Below, piece by piece: positions 45,344-47,505 of a stretch of DNA of 47,505 bases. The notes below the pieces were generated by a model that was not told where the DNA came from, did no database searches, and was given only the letters and a program-made list of their open reading frames with translations. The DNA lies in IMG/VR virus record IMGVR_UViG_3300036982_000361, positions 1 to 47,505 of that record; one strand, given 5' to 3'. The DNA is from a virus. Lineage: Duplodnaviria > Caudoviricetes. The first letter of the stretch is position 1, and every line of letters begins with the position of its first letter. A program made the position numbers and the translations under genes.

Positions 45344-46005
45344 GGTATCCACTCCAAGATTTCGACGGTGCCGTAGCCGGGGGCCGTGTAGCACGGGGGC
45401 ACCGCCACCATTTCGAGCGTGGCCGGCGCGATGGCCCCGTAAAAAGCCCCGATCTCGACCGCGAGCGAGTTGTCGTAATACCCCCAGCTTGCAGGGACAT
45501 ACGCGGCTTCCATGTTGAAGCGAAGCCCCGTACCGGTCCCGATGTTCAACGCAGAAAGCCTCAGCCGAGGGTATGTCGGGTAGAACGAACCGGGCACGGG
45601 CCACGATTCATCGAGATTGGTGTTAAGCTGATAGACGTACGGCCCCGCCGCCGGGTAGATCGGTAAGATCCACTCGCCGTCTGGGTTCTTCTGCTGGTAC
45701 CCGAGCCCTCCCCCAGCGAAGTAACCCGTGTACGGCGAATTGCTGATGCGGATGCGCACTGCCGAGGGGTTGATGATAGGCGCTATTACCGCAACCCCGC
45801 CTACAACGACTGAAGGACTAGTGCCTCCCGGAGGCGTGATGCTGCTACTGAAAACCATTTGTCCTGGTGCAGCAGGCAATGAAACGGACGTAGTTCCCAC
45901 TCCAATGTTGTGAGTGTCTCGTGACGAACGCCAGACGATGCTGCCTGTGTCACCCTCGCGCGCGATGTACCCGCGACCGATTCGACTATCGCGGGAGATC
46001 GTCAC
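45340..46005 (-). CDS. Tail accessory protein X
   Basis: GTGA-coupled start MTISRDSRIGRGYIAREGDTG; shares an N-terminal module with X'. Confidence 0.7.
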   Translation of the reverse strand: MTISRDSRIGRGYIAREGDTGSIVWRSSRDTHNIGVGTTSVSLPAAPGQMVFSSSITPPGGTSPSVVVGGVAVIAPIINPSAVRIRISNSPYTGYFAGGGLGYQQKNPDGEWILPIYPAAGPYVYQLNTNLDESWPVPGSFYPTYPRLRLSALNIGTGTGLRFNMEAAYVPASWGYYDNSLAVEIGAFYGAIAPATLEMVAVPPCYTAPGYGTVEILEWIP

Positions 46006-47450
46006 GAATTGCCCACTTGCAGACGGAAGCTGAACCCGTCCATCTGCCACGGCAGCGTGCCAGTCATCTTCGGACTGATGGCGTCGGCAACGATGGTCAG
46101 CGGGATGTGGTTAATCCCGATGGTGCTGCCCGTCACGGTAGGGCCGGGATGGACTATCGCTTCGTTCCTGACGTTCGGGTAGATGGTGAGGTTCTGTGTT
46201 CCCGATTGCTGCGTTTCATAGGCAATCCATTGCTTTTTACGCCCTGGTTCGCCCGCGTAGAGATATGGGAATCGCGCCGTCCAAGCATAGCCGCTTTCTC
46301 CTGAATAGGCGTTGTCAAACACGTAGACCGTGTTGCCGCTGCGCACGTAGACCTTACCACGGAACTCAACCATGTGGGTAATCGTGAACGGCAGCGTGTA
46401 CTTGGTCCAACCCTTTACGTTTGCCTGCCGCGAGTTGGTCATGACGTACATAACCGAACCGACCGCGCACATGTACTGAGCACGAGAAGACGACCACAAT
46501 GACACGAGCTGCACCGCCGACGTGTCAATAAGCACCGTCTCGGCTTGGATGTTAGCCCCGATGTCGCCGTCTTCGGCTTGGCCGGATGACACCGCCACGC
46601 TTAGGCTACGGAAGCCACCTTGTGCAAAGTAGATCGAATCGCCCATCATGTTGGCAACTGATCCGCTTTGATCCGTACCCGCGCCGCCGATGATGTCAGA
46701 AACTTCGTTATCGGCGGGGTCGGTAAAGAAGCCCCAAAGTTGTACGTTATCGCGGAAGAACACCGCCAGCTTGTTGCCAAAGTACGAGAAGCCGCGCACC
46801 TCAGGGTCGCCGTTCACATGCTGCGTAACTGGCAAATACCCCGCATCGCCGCTGGTGCTCCAATCGGTTGGGCCGTTGATCGATGACGAATACCATACGT
46901 CGTTCGTCGATTGATCGTGCGAGATCAGCTTGCGCGCCATGGCGAACAGGAACGGTCCCGGCGTAAACGGGGTCGTGACCGCCGTCTTACCAATCACCGC
47001 AATGCTGTAGGTCGATACTTCGGGGATGTAGTGGTGCTCGTACTGGAATCCAAGGCCCGGGTTTGCCGGATCAAGGTACTTCTCAATTACGACGTACGGC
47101 ACTCTGTCCCATACTTGCGATGCCGTCAGCCGTAGTGCCGTACCGAGATCGCCGCCAGTCGCCCGATTGCTGAACCAATCGTAGCGCATGCCGGGAGGCG
47201 GATTGGTAAACACGCCAGAAGCCGGTACAGGAAGCGCCGTACGCAAAAACCCATTAGCGACGTACAAGCCGAGACTCGTGGAGTCCAGCACGGCAAAGGG
47301 TCGCAACTGCGCACGCGACCTTAAGCCACCGCCCGTGGTCAAGTCCAGATTCGTCGCTTCGCGCAACGAGTTGGGTGCGCTGGCATCGACACCGCGACGA
47401 AGGTCGAGGCCGACAAAGTCGCCTACGGTTACGACAGGTGGTTCACCCAT
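46002..47450 (-). CDS. Tail tubular protein B / nozzle-like protein, copy B
   Basis: 482 aa, beta-propeller-like; DFVGLD...NSLREATNLDLTTGGGLRSR N-terminus; KGWTKY motif. Confidence 0.75.
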   Translation of the reverse strand: MGEPPVVTVGDFVGLDLRRGVDASAPNSLREATNLDLTTGGGLRSRAQLRPFAVLDSTSLGLYVANGFLRTALPVPASGVFTNPPPGMRYDWFSNRATGGDLGTALRLTASQVWDRVPYVVIEKYLDPANPGLGFQYEHHYIPEVSTYSIAVIGKTAVTTPFTPGPFLFAMARKLISHDQSTNDVWYSSSINGPTDWSTSGDAGYLPVTQHVNGDPEVRGFSYFGNKLAVFFRDNVQLWGFFTDPADNEVSDIIGGAGTDQSGSVANMMGDSIYFAQGGFRSLSVAVSSGQAEDGDIGANIQAETVLIDTSAVQLVSLWSSSRAQYMCAVGSVMYVMTNSRQANVKGWTKYTLPFTITHMVEFRGKVYVRSGNTVYVFDNAYSGESGYAWTARFPYLYAGEPGRKKQWIAYETQQSGTQNLTIYPNVRNEAIVHPGPTVTGSTIGINHIPLTIVADAISPKMTGTLPWQMDGFSFRLQVGNS

Positions 47451-47460
47451 TTTAAGACGC
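46021..47460. repeat. Imperfect terminal direct repeat, right copy
   Basis: ~93% identical to 1..1440. Confidence 0.95.
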
Positions 47461-47505
47461 CCTTAAACCAGAAAGGATCGGGTATACATCTCGATGAATG
47501 GCGTG
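47452..47505 (-). CDS. 3' end of an unidentified gene (...HAIHRDVYPILSGLRAS*)
   Basis: Open frame to the window edge; stop codon at the same position as the stop of 1432..2175 in copy A. Confidence 0.5.
   Translation of the reverse strand, partial: HAIHRDVYPILSGLRAS

Noticed and set aside
43815-45374. Invertase-type tail-fibre switch (Gin/Cin or shufflon)
   Set aside because: The repeats are direct, all genes are on one strand and no site-specific recombinase was recognised; a 9-bp inverted match (43812/45371) is too short to trust
45344-45604. N-terminal extension of ORF 44717..45604
   Set aside because: It overlaps gene X out of frame; the ATGA-coupled start at 45343 is supported by the duplicated start in the scar ORF
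1432-47450. Stop-codon reassignment
   Set aside because: Standard-code ORFs are long and tightly packed, and TAA, TGA and TAG all occur as apparent real stops
1-47460. Diversity-generating retroelement (TR/VR pair) as the explanation for the near-identical end copies or the 43.8/45.3 kb repeats
   Set aside because: Differences are mainly synonymous, involve all four bases rather than adenines only, and no reverse transcriptase gene is present

Overview
The window is an essentially complete tailed dsDNA bacteriophage genome with podovirus-type morphogenesis genes and a unit length of about 46.0 kb. Two transcription blocks diverge from a ~1 kb non-coding control region at 20.5-21.5 kb. The + strand (21.5-36.0 kb) carries early and replication genes: Sak4-like ATPase, SSB, pentapeptide-repeat protein, SF2 helicase, Prim-Pol primase, family A DNA polymerase, DUF3310 and RusA. 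The - strand carries morphogenesis genes: HNH nuclease, large terminase, fibre and lysis genes, portal, scaffold, major capsid, tail tubular A/B, tail accessory genes, a collar-domain fibre and ejection proteins. No integrase, reverse transcriptase, CRISPR array or recognisable endolysin was seen. Four observations stand out. (1) The two window ends carry ~93%-identical, mostly synonymously diverged copies of the tail tubular B gene with different upstream neighbours. (2) Next to it is a tail-accessory gene array (X-Y-X') whose Y-X' cassette is bracketed by two permuted gene-boundary repeats and a chimeric 21-codon scar ORF, suggesting recombinational cassette gain and loss. (3) A non-canonical 92-nt tRNA-like element lies at 25188-25279. 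(4) The control region is highly structured, and several promoters share a 16-bp spacer, mostly leaderless starts and a TAAGTGAA box. All product calls come from motif recognition by eye, not from database searches.
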